From: Candidatus Babeliales bacterium
Lineage (GTDB): Bacteria > Babelota > Babeliae > Babelales > JANWKD01
DNA: 64,000 nt
Reading direction: 5' to 3'
NCBI GenBank assembly: GCA_963722255.1
Contig: CAVRJO010000001.1
Location: 384,001-448,000 of the forward strand
Part shown: one piece after another, positions 8,903-19,549 of the stretch
How the letters are laid out: every line of letters starts with the position of its first letter
Numbering within the stretch: the stretch's first letter is position 1
Made by a program: the position numbers and the translations under genes
The notes under the pieces: model-generated
Databases searched by the model: none
What the model saw: only the letters and a program-made list of their open reading frames with translations
Told to the model about the DNA's origin: nothing

Positions 8903-11374
8903 ATGAATTATGATATAAAAAAAATAGAAAAAAAATGGCAAGAATATTGGCATGATCATAAGATTGGTCAAGCAAAGCCAACAGGCGATGGGAAAAAATA
9001 TTATTGCTTAGATATGTTCCCTTATCCTTCTGGCTCAGGGTTACATGTTGGCCATTGGCGCGGCTATGTTCTTTCTGATGTCTATGCACGTATCAAATGG
9101 CTCCAAGGATATAATGTTTTGCATCCTATGGGTTGGGATGCATTTGGACTGCCTGCAGAAAATGATGCAATTAAAAAAGGAATTCATCCAGCAAATTGGT
9201 ACAGCGCGAAATATTGCTACATTTTAAACAACAACTGCAAGAAGTTGGTGCAATTTATGATTGGTCAAAAGAGCTTAATACCACCGATCCAAATTATTAT
9301 AAATGGACCCAATGGATTTTTTTGCAAATGTATAAAGCAGGTCTTGCATATCGAAGCGAATATGCCGATTAACTGGTGCCCTTCTTGTTTGACTGGTCTT
9401 GCAAATGAAGAAGTGGTCAATGGCGGCTGTGAGCGTTGTGGCACACATGTTGTACAAAAAAAAATTCGCTCAATGGGTATTACGAATTACCGAATATGCA
9501 GAAAAACTTCTTGCATGGTCTTGATAACCTTGAATGGCCAGAAAAAGTTAAACTTGATGCAACGAAACTGGATTGGCAAAAGCGAAGGGATTATTTTTAC
9601 TGCACCGGTTAAAGATAGCGATTTGACAATTCAAACATTTTCAGCCCATTTTGAAGCATGCTATGCCGATACATTTGTGGTGATTGCACCAGATCATCCG
9701 TTATTGCAAATGCTTCTTGAAGGTGAACATAACATGAAAGAAAAGTTCTCGATTTTTGCAAAGAATTAGTTAAAAATCGTGCTGAAACAAACATCGTATG
9801 ATACAAAGAATCAGAAGGATTTTTACCGGACGATATATTATTGATCCCTTGGTAATGGCGATCTTCCTATTTGGGTTGCAAGTTATGCCTTAGCAGATTA
9901 TGGCACAGGTATTGTAAAATGTTCCGCGCATGATGAACGTGATTTTGCATTTGCAAAAAAATATACCATTCCGCTCAAAGTTGGTTTAATTCCTGCAGAT
10001 AGATCCTGAATTGCGAAACAAGTTAAAACTCAAGAAGTGTGCTATACCGATATGGATCAATGGTATTCTTACTTGAACCTGCACCATTTGCTGGTAAAAC
10101 GCAGGTCGGTACGCAATACAATTATGCTGATTATTTAGTTGATACATAGGCTTAGCTGCAACGAAAAAGTTAGCTATAAACTTACGTGATTGGATCTTTT
10201 CGCGTCAGCGTTATTGGGGCGAACCAATTCCTTTAATTCATTGTCGTCAATGTGGCATTGTTCCGGTTCCTGAAGATCAGTTTCCTGTAATACTTCCTGA
10301 AGTTGAACATTATCAACCAACTGGAACGGGCGAATCGCCATTGCAGCAATTACCGATTGGGTCAATACTACCATGTCCACAATGTGGAGGACCTGCAAAG
10401 CGTGAAACAAATACTATGCCACAATGGGCAGGTTCATGTTGGTATTTTTTACGCTATCCAAATCCACATCTTAAAAGATGAACCATTTGATCAAAAAGAT
10501 ATGAATTATTGGTTGCCGGTTGATTTATATGTTGGTGGTGTTGAACATGCAATTTTGCATCTATTGTATTCACGCTTTTATGTAAAAGTTCTATATGATC
10601 TTGGTTATTTGCCATTTCGATGAACCATTTACGCATCTTATTTAATCAAGGAATGGTAAATCAAGATATTCAGAAAAATCTGGCGCTGTTGAAAAAATGT
10701 CAAAATCTAAAGGCAATGTGGTCAACCCTGATGAAATCGTGCAAGAGTATGGTTCAGATGTATTGCGAATGTATATTCTTTTTATGGGACCTCCAGAACT
10801 TGATTGTGAATGGCAAGATGCGGGCATTGAAGGTATCAAACGATTCCTTCATAAATTATGGGATTATGTAACAAATCCTACGACAATTTTGCAAGATAAT
10901 GAACAAGAAGATAGTACAGTAACAAAGCGGTTCCATAAATTTTTAAAAGAATTTCAAGAGCGCCTTGATCATTTTAAGCCAAACACAGCAATTTCTGCTG
11001 CCATGGAATGGCTTAATGATGCAACAACAGGGCATATGAAGTTGAGCAGAAAAACAGCACAAGAACTTTTTGTTGCCTTATCATGCATGATTCCTCATAT
11101 GTCAAGCGAACTTCTTGAGCAACTGCTTGGTAAAAAACTTGAAGAGTGCGCATGGCCCGTATTTGATAAAAATTTAACAATAGACGATACTGTGCCACTT
11201 ATTATTCAAGTGAATGGAAAAATGCGTGGAGAACTTACCATTGAACGAAAGAGCACACAAGAAATTGTTGAACCTCAAGCCCGTGAACTCATTGCAAAAT
11301 GGCTTGAAAATAAAACAATAGTAAAAGTAATTTTTGTACAAGATCGTTTAATAAACTTTGTTGTTAAGGAATAA
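8903..11374 (+). CDS. leuS: Leucine--tRNA ligase, broken by many frameshifts (probable sequence errors)
   Basis: [101 protein letters not shown] recovered across shifting frames. Confidence 0.95.
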
Positions 11375-11381
11375 TGCTATC

Positions 11382-11419
11382 AAAAAATCTGCTAATGTAA
11401 TTATTAGCAGATTTTTTTT
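11382..11419 (+). terminator. Intrinsic terminator after leuS (probably bidirectional)
   Basis: aaaaaatctgctaat-loop-attagcagatttttttt. Confidence 0.85.
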
Positions 11420-11497
11420 CTTCTGAATTTATTCAACATTGAACACCAAAAATTAGCCTTTTTTTCTTGTATATCCCTCAGTGCAAAAATTGATGTA

Positions 11498-11746
11498 TCA
11501 AAAAAGCCAACACCAATTTTCAGTAGTTTGTGGCCTACCGTGCGCTCGTATCATAGCAGCGTACAATGCATCTGCTTGTGTAATTCTTTGACCCATCTCA
11601 TTTTGTTGTTTTGCAACTGCAAGAGCAACTTGAATTTCAAAAAGCGAAGGTCGTTCATTACCATATTCATCAACTTTATTTTCCATACTTTTCAAAGAGG
11701 CAACGACACTCAAACAGTAAATAAAACAGATAACAATTTTATTCAT
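11498..11746 (-). CDS. Small secreted protein ending CWLF
   Basis: Start MNKIV after GAGGGAG SD; signal LKS|MENK. Confidence 0.65.
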   Translation of the reverse strand: MNKIVICFIYCLSVVASLKSMENKVDEYGNERPSLFEIQVALAVAKQQNEMGQRITQADALYAAMIRAHGRPQTTENWCWLF

Positions 11747-11896
11747 ACTACTCCCTCGTACTAATAACCTTAGTGCTAGTTTATACCTAATTAAAAATCT
11801 TGTGCAATGCTTCATGCCTACAACATACTAGTATTTTATGGAACAGTTTGTATGATTAGCTATAGTCTCTATAGTAAAAAAACGAAAATAATCTCT

Positions 11897-12253
11897 ATGA
11901 AAAAAAATATCTTCTTGATCTTCGTACTTTTGTTAACTCAGTTAAATTCCGTTTCATGCAACATATTCGAACTTCGTGATTTAGAATATTTAATAATTGG
12001 AACCATAGTTAATAGAACGTGTAAACCTAATTTAATAGATACTTTCGATAAAATAATCACGAGTAAAGCATTAAATTGCAACGAAAAGATGATGGCCTTT
12101 GCGCTCTTTAAGCTCCATGAAACAGCTCCTGTAATTCAAGAGGTAATGGAAGAAACAAGAGCTCTCCATAAAAATAAGTTTGACTATCTGGATACTCTTT
12201 ATAGCTTAATGATACATAACAAAGATGTTGTACCAATGAATAGCTGTAACTAA
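11897..12253 (+). CDS. Hypothetical exported protein
   Basis: MKKNIFLIFVLLL signal-like start; weak SD. Confidence 0.55.
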   Translation: MKKNIFLIFVLLLTQLNSVSCNIFELRDLEYLIIGTIVNRTCKPNLIDTFDKIITSKALNCNEKMMAFALFKLHETAPVIQEVMEETRALHKNKFDYLDTLYSLMIHNKDVVPMNSCN

Positions 12254-12266
12254 TATGCTCTAAATT

Positions 12267-13394
12267 CTATGACAATAATTTTATGCGCCAACCGGCTTCC
12301 ATATACCGCTTAACCTCAGTATAATTTTTATTAAAATCTTGATCCAATTCTGTTAAACGCATTATACCTTTATCAGTTTTAACCCATGGATTGATCCCGC
12401 GAAATTTATTTTTAATAAGCATATCATACTCATCGGTTTCAACGCACTTGATATGTTCTTCAACATGTAATGCTTTTTGTAAATGGCTTTGCAATTCTGT
12501 ATCATCCGATTGTATCAGCTTATTCCAAACTAGTTCATCCGTAGAAAAATAGATATCATCAAGTGTTATTAATCCAATTGCCAATGCACGTTGTAATACT
12601 GCCGCGCTATATTCATTTGCCATATAACATTTATAATTATTCCATCCATTTATATTTTGCATAAAATAAAAAGGCACGTGGGCAACTTTTTTTGCTAACT
12701 CGGGATCAGTAAAAATCCACCGACCATCTTCTACAACAATATTGTTTACAATCTGCTGAATATCATCAGACGTCAACAATCCATCAACAAAACCACCTTG
12801 TAAATTATATTCTAAGCGATCTGCACAAACCTCAGGTAAATTTTGTTCAAGCAGGGTAAATCCATCATTTTTATGCAAAATGTCTTGAACTGAAATACCA
12901 TGTTTTTTCAAAATCTCAGGGATACTGGTACTCTTAATAAAATTTTCATGATTATTATCTTGATAAGAATTTTCACCCAATTGAGAAATTTTAAATAAAA
13001 AGTCCCCTACATGTGAAAATACCGTGTGTGAGACATCATGCAACAATCCGGCAATTTGTTCATTGAGGGGCGCTCCAAATTTACGCAAAAGTACAAAAAC
13101 GCCAACTGAATGATCAAATCGATTATATTCTTGTTTTTTTACTGTATAATAATTTGTTCCATATTGTCGTATATCTTTTAATCTCTGTACATACTTATCA
13201 TTAATCAAATCGATCAACACGGGTTCAGTAATAGTAAAATCACCATATAACGTTGATAATACCAACTCTTTGCTTACATTATTTTTTTCACGATTTTTTT
13301 CACGCAAAAAATACAGCCCTCCCACTACACATACAACTCCAATAATCACAAACACCGGCAGTATTTTTTTTAACATAAAATCATTCCCATACAT
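12267..13394 (-). CDS. HD-domain phosphohydrolase with N-terminal membrane anchor
   Basis: QRLKDIRQYG, RFDHSVG, GLLHDVSHTVFSH, CADRLEY (HD superfamily, dNTPase-like motifs). Confidence 0.85.
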   Translation of the reverse strand: MYGNDFMLKKILPVFVIIGVVCVVGGLYFLREKNREKNNVSKELVLSTLYGDFTITEPVLIDLINDKYVQRLKDIRQYGTNYYTVKKQEYNRFDHSVGVFVLLRKFGAPLNEQIAGLLHDVSHTVFSHVGDFLFKISQLGENSYQDNNHENFIKSTSIPEILKKHGISVQDILHKNDGFTLLEQNLPEVCADRLEYNLQGGFVDGLLTSDDIQQIVNNIVVEDGRWIFTDPELAKKVAHVPFYFMQNINGWNNYKCYMANEYSAAVLQRALAIGLITLDDIYFSTDELVWNKLIQSDDTELQSHLQKALHVEEHIKCVETDEYDMLIKNKFRGINPWVKTDKGIMRLTELDQDFNKNYTEVKRYMEAGWRIKLLS

Positions 13395-13592
13395 AAGATT
13401 TTTAAAATGAATGTACTATAATTTAACATTTATAAAGATTAATGGAAACTAGATTCTACAAAAACTAATTCAAAGATAAAAATTAATAAGCTATTTTGAA
13501 GATGCAAAACATCTAATAAAATAATAATTTCTTGTTTTTTTGTACTATTTACCACTAAGGTAAACAGGACAATAATTTTGAGGAGAAAAACC

Positions 13593-14252
13593 ATGAAAAT
13601 ATTTTTAGATACCGCCCATAGTGGAGATATTGAACAATGGAGTTATGTAATTGATGGTGTTACCACCAATCCTTCACACCTTGCAAAAGAAAAAACCAAC
13701 CCGACTAAACAAATCTTAAAAATTTGTTCCCTCATGAACCCTAAAGAGGTTAGTGTTGAAATAACAGAAAATAATCCTAAAGCAGTTTATGATCAAGCAA
13801 AAAAAATAGCACAACTAGCACCTAATGTTGTTGTCAAAATACCATGCTTTGCAGCGTATTATCAGATTATTAAAAAGCTGGTAGAAGAAAATGTGCCACT
13901 CAATATCACCTTGCTTTTTTCACTTAATCAAGGTCTATTTATGAGCAAACTTGGCGTACGCTATATTTCTCCTTTTGTCGGTCGAATTGATGATAATGAT
14001 GGCAACGGCATAGAACTTTTATATGAGTTGCGCGAAATGATTGACCGCTATGGTTATCAAACACAAATTCTAGCGGCATCCTTACGTCATGTACGCCATC
14101 TTCATGAAGCTATCGCAGCCGGCGCAGATGTTGCAACAATACCACCAGAACTTTTAAAAAAAGCTACCGAGCATATTTTAACTGATAAGGGCATTGAGCT
14201 TTTTAATGCCGATTGGAAAAAATTAGGAATATCTCACTTTCCTGAACTATGA
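13593..14252 (+). CDS. tal: Transaldolase / fructose-6-phosphate aldolase (small TalC/Fsa type)
   Basis: KIFLDTA, GVTTNPS, VVVKIP, NITLLFS, YISPFVGRIDD, ILAASLR; AGGAG SD. Confidence 0.9.
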   Translation: MKIFLDTAHSGDIEQWSYVIDGVTTNPSHLAKEKTNPTKQILKICSLMNPKEVSVEITENNPKAVYDQAKKIAQLAPNVVVKIPCFAAYYQIIKKLVEENVPLNITLLFSLNQGLFMSKLGVRYISPFVGRIDDNDGNGIELLYELREMIDRYGYQTQILAASLRHVRHLHEAIAAGADVATIPPELLKKATEHILTDKGIELFNADWKKLGISHFPEL

Positions 14253-15391
14253 ACACAAAAAAGTTATCGGTTGTATTCGTTACCAATAATTATATCCCTT
14301 ATCAAGGCGGCGTTGTTAGTTCAATTCTTGCAACAAGGGATGGATTACGCAAAAATGGCCATACAGTGAATATCATTACGCTTGACTATACCGGCAATCA
14401 TGCTCACGAAGATGGTGTATTACGTATGAACTGCCCGGTGCGCTTTATATATAAAAAAAATCATATGGCGCTTCCTTTATTCCCTCATCTAAACCTTGAT
14501 CGACTTTTTAAACAATTAAAGCCAGATATTGTGCATATGCATCATCCATTTTTATTAGGGCAAGCTGCACTACTAACGGCAAAAAAAAATAAGATACCGA
14601 CCGTTTTTACCTACCATACCTTGTATGAATATTATTTACACTATGTACCTTTACCTAAACAAATTTTACATCACGCTCTACAAAAAAGAGTTCGCTCATT
14701 TTGTAATACTGTTGATGGCATAATTGCACCTGGAACAGTTGTTGAAGAACGAATACGAGAATATGCACCAGAAAAAACTGTCCGAATTATTCCCAGCAGC
14801 ATTGCACCAATTTTTTTTGAGCCATCGCAAACTCCATCAAAAAATCCACACATGCCTTTAACCCTTTTAACGGTAAGCAGATTTACACACGAAAAAAATA
14901 TTACCTTCTTACTTGATGTTATGAAACTTCTTGAAAAAAATAGCCTTCGCTTAATTCTTGCAGGATACGGCTCTGCATATACATACCTTAGAAATTATGC
15001 CTATTGTATCAAAAATTTATCACCCAATCAGGTCATTTTTATTGAAAAACCATCCAAAGAGCAACTCCTTCAGCTCTATAAACAAGCTCATCTTTTCCTT
15101 TTTGCCTCAACAAGCGATACCCAAGGGCTCGTTTTAGCTGAAGCTATGTCCCAAGGAACTCCGGTTATTGCCCTTTATGGACCTGGTCAAAAAGATATTA
15201 TCAAAAATGGCATCAATGGTTTTTTAGTGCAAACAAGTGAAGAAATGGCTAAAAAAATAGTAGCTACCCTTTCAAATCATCAACTCTTACGTGATTTACA
15301 AAAAAATGCCTTAAAAACGGCTCAAAATTACACCAATGACTATCTTATTGAAAGCCTCACAGATTTCTACCAATTTCTTATAAAACAGTAA
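14249..15391 (+). CDS. Glycosyltransferase family 4
   Basis: YIPYQGGVVSS, DIVHMHHPF, VFTYHT, SRFTHEKN, FASTSDTQGLVLAEAM; overlaps tal stop. Confidence 0.9.
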   Translation: MNTKKLSVVFVTNNYIPYQGGVVSSILATRDGLRKNGHTVNIITLDYTGNHAHEDGVLRMNCPVRFIYKKNHMALPLFPHLNLDRLFKQLKPDIVHMHHPFLLGQAALLTAKKNKIPTVFTYHTLYEYYLHYVPLPKQILHHALQKRVRSFCNTVDGIIAPGTVVEERIREYAPEKTVRIIPSSIAPIFFEPSQTPSKNPHMPLTLLTVSRFTHEKNITFLLDVMKLLEKNSLRLILAGYGSAYTYLRNYAYCIKNLSPNQVIFIEKPSKEQLLQLYKQAHLFLFASTSDTQGLVLAEAMSQGTPVIALYGPGQKDIIKNGINGFLVQTSEEMAKKIVATLSNHQLLRDLQKNALKTAQNYTNDYLIESLTDFYQFLIKQ

Positions 15392-15436
15392 AAACTCCTT
15401 AAATTACCTATTTTTTACGACTTTTACACTAAAAAG

Positions 15437-15464
15437 TTGACAATCTCTCCCCTTATGATACAAT
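15437..15464 (+). promoter_or_regulatory. Sigma70-type promoter
   Basis: TTGACA-N16-TACAAT with extended TG. Confidence 0.65.
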
Positions 15465-15501
15465 TAATTCAGATAGAAAATTTTAATGAAATGGGGCTTA
15501 T

Positions 15502-15951
15502 ATGAAATTGATTAAAAAAACCAAAATTTTACTCTTATTTTTATCCCTAACCATTGGCTCACAATCTGCGCAAGCATATTGGCTTGAATCGGTTACTAAA
15601 CCATTAACACCATTATGGAAAAACCAATTTGCTACTCTTATGACTCTTTCAACGGTCATTCTTGCATATACCTGCTACAGTTTTTGGAAACAAAATAGAA
15701 TAATCAAACACAAGCTCGAAAAGAAGTGCAAAAAATTAACAATTATAGCAGAAGAATTTAATTCATTGAATAAAAGCATTGCACAATTTAAACACATGAT
15801 GCTTCATCAATCAACTCAAATTAGAAATGGAGATCCTTCAAGTCCTGAAGACATAAATAGACATTCAAGAGATATTCAGCCATTTGATTCTGTTGCCGAG
15901 GCTTACTTAGCAGTTCAACAGTTTCAACGGATAAAAAGAAACGAAAATTAG
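15502..15951 (+). CDS. Hypothetical secreted/membrane protein
   Basis: Signal ending AQA, one TM helix, coiled-coil. Confidence 0.7.
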   Translation: MKLIKKTKILLLFLSLTIGSQSAQAYWLESVTKPLTPLWKNQFATLMTLSTVILAYTCYSFWKQNRIIKHKLEKKCKKLTIIAEEFNSLNKSIAQFKHMMLHQSTQIRNGDPSSPEDINRHSRDIQPFDSVAEAYLAVQQFQRIKRNEN

Positions 15952-16001
15952 CCACAACCCTGTGGTCGATTTCTTATTTGTCTGCTATACTAAGGAGTAT
16001 T

Positions 16002-17978
16002 ATGAAAAATAAACTATTTAAGCTTCACTCTCCTTTTGCACCAGCCGGAAGCCAGCCAAAAGCAATCGAAAAACTCAGCACCAATAGACCAGGCAAATCA
16101 ACCCTCGTTGGGGTGACCGGGTCAGGAAAAACTTTTACCTTGGCTAACGTAATTGCAAACCAAGATAAACCGGTTCTAATTTTGTCTCCCAATAAAACAT
16201 TGGCAGCACAGCTTTATGAGGAGTTTTCACTCTTCTTTCCTGAAAATAAGGTCTGCTATTTTGTCAGTTATTATGACTATTATCAACCGGAATCGTATTT
16301 ACCTGCTCAAGATATTTATGTCCCCAAAGAAACAAAAGTTAATAGCGAAATTGAACGGTTGCGCGTTGAAGCTGCTGCTTCAATAATAAATCGAAAAGAT
16401 ACAATTGTTATTGCTTCGGTTTCAGCTATTTATTCGTTGGGAAATCCGACCGATTATCGAAATTTAACCCTACAGCTTGCCATTGGTCAAAAGATTAAAC
16501 GATCCGATTTACTGAATAAATTGATTTTTATTCAATACAAACGAAATGATATCGAACGCAGTTCAGGAACCTTTGCCGTTATAGGCAACACCATAGAAAT
16601 CAATTTACCTTATCAAAAAGAAAAACTTAGAATTGAACTTTTTGGTGATACGATAGAATCATTGCAATGGATTGATAAAACTAATAATAATGTGCTTATG
16701 AATCTTGATAACACCTTAGTTTTTCCTGCAAAGCATTTTGTTACAACAGAAGAAAAGAAACAGGCCGCAATTGCAAGTATTCAGAAAGAAGTTTCTGAAT
16801 GGGCCCCTAATATGCCCAATGCACTCTATCAAGAACGCATTAGACAGCGCGTTGCGCATGATCTAGAAATGTTACAGGAAGTGGGATATTGTTCAGGTAT
16901 TGAAAACTATTCTGTTTATTTTGATGGCCGATCATCAGGTCAAAAACCGTATTGTCTTTTTGATTTCTTTAGTGATGAGTTTTTACTTATTGTTGATGAA
17001 TCACATATTGCTTTACCGCAACTTAAAGGCATGTACGCTGGCGATAAAGCGCGCAAAAAATCGCTCATCGATTTTGGTTTTAGATTGCCTTCTGCAGCCG
17101 ATAACCGTCCTTTAAAATTTGAAGAAATTGAACGATTTTTTAACGATACGATTTTTGTTTCTGCTACACCAGGTCCTTATGAGTTACAACATTCTGACCA
17201 AATTGTAGAACAGATTATACGCCCTACTGGATTACTTGATCCGCTTATAGAAATTCATCCAAGAACTAATCAGATTGAACATTTAATTAAGCAAATAACT
17301 GAAACTAAAGAAAAAGGATTCAGATCGCTTGTTATGGTTCTTACCAAAAAGTTAGCTGAAGAGCTCGCTCATTATCTTGAAGAGCGTCAGATTAAAGTAT
17401 GCTATTTGCATAGCGAAATAAAAACGCCTGAGCGAAGTGAACTTTTGCATAAATTACGACTTGGTGTTTTTGACGTACTTGTCGGAGTCAACTTATTACG
17501 CGAGGGTATCGATTTACCTGAAGTAGCATTAGTTGCTATCATGGATGGCGACGTAGAAAGCTTTTTGCGTGATAAACGGTCACTCATTCAGATTATTGGA
17601 CGTGCTGCGCGAAATAATGAATCACGGGTTGTTGTATATGCTGATAAAATGACCGATTCACTCAAAAACACTATTGAAGAAACGAAACGAAGACGCGAAA
17701 TTCAAGAAGCCTACAACCTTGAACATGGTGTTACGCCTACAAGCGTTAAACGCGATGTAACCAAATCAATTTCAAAACTTCAAAGTGCAATTGCCCTTGC
17801 TTCAAAAGGCAAAAAGGCACAAAAACAACATCAAACACTGGAAGAAGCAGAAAAACGCATTGCAATACTGGAAACCGAAATGCAAGAAGCTGCTGAAGCA
17901 TTTAACTTTGAAAAGGCTATTGCGTTACGACAAGAATGGTTTGATTTGAAAAAAATGGTTAATGAGACCAAAAAATAG
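16002..17978 (+). CDS. uvrB: Excinuclease ABC subunit B
   Basis: GVTGSGKT, PNKTLAAQL, YYDYYQPE, DESH, GFRLPSA.DNRPL, NLLREGID, GRAARN, C-terminal UVR FEKAIALR; AAGGAG SD. Confidence 0.97.
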   Translation: MKNKLFKLHSPFAPAGSQPKAIEKLSTNRPGKSTLVGVTGSGKTFTLANVIANQDKPVLILSPNKTLAAQLYEEFSLFFPENKVCYFVSYYDYYQPESYLPAQDIYVPKETKVNSEIERLRVEAAASIINRKDTIVIASVSAIYSLGNPTDYRNLTLQLAIGQKIKRSDLLNKLIFIQYKRNDIERSSGTFAVIGNTIEINLPYQKEKLRIELFGDTIESLQWIDKTNNNVLMNLDNTLVFPAKHFVTTEEKKQAAIASIQKEVSEWAPNMPNALYQERIRQRVAHDLEMLQEVGYCSGIENYSVYFDGRSSGQKPYCLFDFFSDEFLLIVDESHIALPQLKGMYAGDKARKKSLIDFGFRLPSAADNRPLKFEEIERFFNDTIFVSATPGPYELQHSDQIVEQIIRPTGLLDPLIEIHPRTNQIEHLIKQITETKEKGFRSLVMVLTKKLAEELAHYLEERQIKVCYLHSEIKTPERSELLHKLRLGVFDVLVGVNLLREGIDLPEVALVAIMDGDVESFLRDKRSLIQIIGRAARNNESRVVVYADKMTDSLKNTIEETKRRREIQEAYNLEHGVTPTSVKRDVTKSISKLQSAIALASKGKKAQKQHQTLEEAEKRIAILETEMQEAAEAFNFEKAIALRQEWFDLKKMVNETKK

Positions 17979-18000
17979 ATCTTTTTGATCGCTTATAAAT

Positions 18001-18029
18001 TTGACAAATTGAAATTATTGTCATAAAAT
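18001..18029 (+). promoter_or_regulatory. Sigma70-type promoter for protease trio
   Basis: TTGACA-N17-TAAAAT; overlaps an inverted repeat tgacaa...ttgtca. Confidence 0.6.
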
Positions 18030-18081
18030 AATTAATAGATTATTATTTTAAAAAAATATAAATATACCATAGCGAGAATTC

Positions 18082-18693
18082 ATGAAAAAATTAGTATTAT
18101 CCTTGAGCTTGATGCTTCTATCACTATCCCAGACAAAAAGCATGCATTCAGAAATTTTTAAAAATATCCCAACTTCAAGCGCTTTAACTATAGTAAAAAA
18201 AATGGTCTTAACCGTTTGTGGAAAATATGCACTTGACCCTCTAGTAAATAGCATTCATGAACTAGGACACATGCTCACTCTAAAATTATTATTAGGAGTT
18301 GATAGTACTATTCATTTAACTATAGTTCCTTGGCGCCCACCATATTTTCAATTAAAAGAACCTATGGTTCTTCCAAAAGGATTACGTCTAGCGTCAGTTT
18401 ATGCTGCAGGACCATTAGCTGGATTATTGGCGATCTATTCGCTCTCTAAACTTAATAATATTCGTTATGAATATTTCACCGGAACGCCAATCATGCAAGC
18501 AGTAACAACCGGTTTAATAAAGCCATTTTTCAATAGTGACCAAAGCTGGACAACAAAAACAGTATTAGGTTGGATGATAGTAGACCAATTATTTAATTTT
18601 ATTCCCTTGAAACTTTATTTGCCACAACTAGGAGAGTCAAAAAGTGATGGATATCAAATACTTGAAGCATTAGATTATTATCAAGAAAAATAA
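18082..18693 (+). CDS. M50-like membrane zinc metalloprotease, paralog 1
   Basis: HELGH, YAAGP, FNFIP, SDGY; signal peptide. Confidence 0.75.
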   Translation: MKKLVLSLSLMLLSLSQTKSMHSEIFKNIPTSSALTIVKKMVLTVCGKYALDPLVNSIHELGHMLTLKLLLGVDSTIHLTIVPWRPPYFQLKEPMVLPKGLRLASVYAAGPLAGLLAIYSLSKLNNIRYEYFTGTPIMQAVTTGLIKPFFNSDQSWTTKTVLGWMIVDQLFNFIPLKLYLPQLGESKSDGYQILEALDYYQEK

Positions 18694-18707
18694 AATTTAG
18701 GAAAATA

Positions 18708-19469
18708 ATGAACAAAAAAATAAACATGGTTGCATTCCAGCTCATTCTTAGCGCAACCTTTATTTTTCCCAAAATCGAGGCATCTTTAAAAGATACAAAC
18801 TCTCAACAACTAAACTCTGCAAAGCTACCATTTATCATTATTGACGCATCAGACATTAAACCTGCAATTAACCCTGCTTGGCAAAAAATCGATAAACATA
18901 TTACAAAAAAGTACGCCTCATATGGAACTGATGCAATAGGAAAAATAGCATTTCAAACAATGCTAGGACTTGCCATTACTAAATTAAGTTCAGTGGTGCA
19001 TGAACTAGGCCATGCTACAGCCTTTAAACTTTTATTAGGCCTATCAACGTCTCTATATATACCTTTAACCTTGAAACCTGCTTTGCATGGCTGTATTGTT
19101 TTTGATCAATGTCCTAAAGAAGGTATTAATATGGCTCTCATGTATGCCGCCGGCCCTTTATTTGGCATTGTAACAGGCTTTGCTGCTTTAAAAATAAATT
19201 CAATAATTCACGAACTTATAACCAATACAAAACTACCTATAAAAGAAAGATTACTAGTCGGTTTTAAAAAACCCTTTTTTCATGAGAAACAACAACCCGG
19301 AATTACTATATCGGCGCTTTATATATTTTTTAATCAAATAACTCAATTTATCCCACAAAAAGCTGTTCTTCCGCAGATCCTTTCAACCGATAATAATAAT
19401 GGCATAACATTCTCAGATGGATATGGTTTTTTGCAAGCCCTTGGGTTCAACAACATCCCTACATTTTAA
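18708..19469 (+). CDS. M50-like membrane zinc metalloprotease, paralog 2
   Basis: HELGH, YAAGP, QFIP, SDGY. Confidence 0.75.
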   Translation: MNKKINMVAFQLILSATFIFPKIEASLKDTNSQQLNSAKLPFIIIDASDIKPAINPAWQKIDKHITKKYASYGTDAIGKIAFQTMLGLAITKLSSVVHELGHATAFKLLLGLSTSLYIPLTLKPALHGCIVFDQCPKEGINMALMYAAGPLFGIVTGFAALKINSIIHELITNTKLPIKERLLVGFKKPFFHEKQQPGITISALYIFFNQITQFIPQKAVLPQILSTDNNNGITFSDGYGFLQALGFNNIPTF

Positions 19470-19549
19470 AATCCAACATTTTAAAAAAAATTATTTTCAC
19501 TATACTTTTACTTTAATCATCTACGTTAAACTATTAGGTAAGGATTTAT

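Noticed and set aside
8903..11374. leuS as a true pseudogene or programmed-frameshift gene
   Set aside because: Essential gene with intact catalytic motifs and clustered indels; sequence error is more parsimonious
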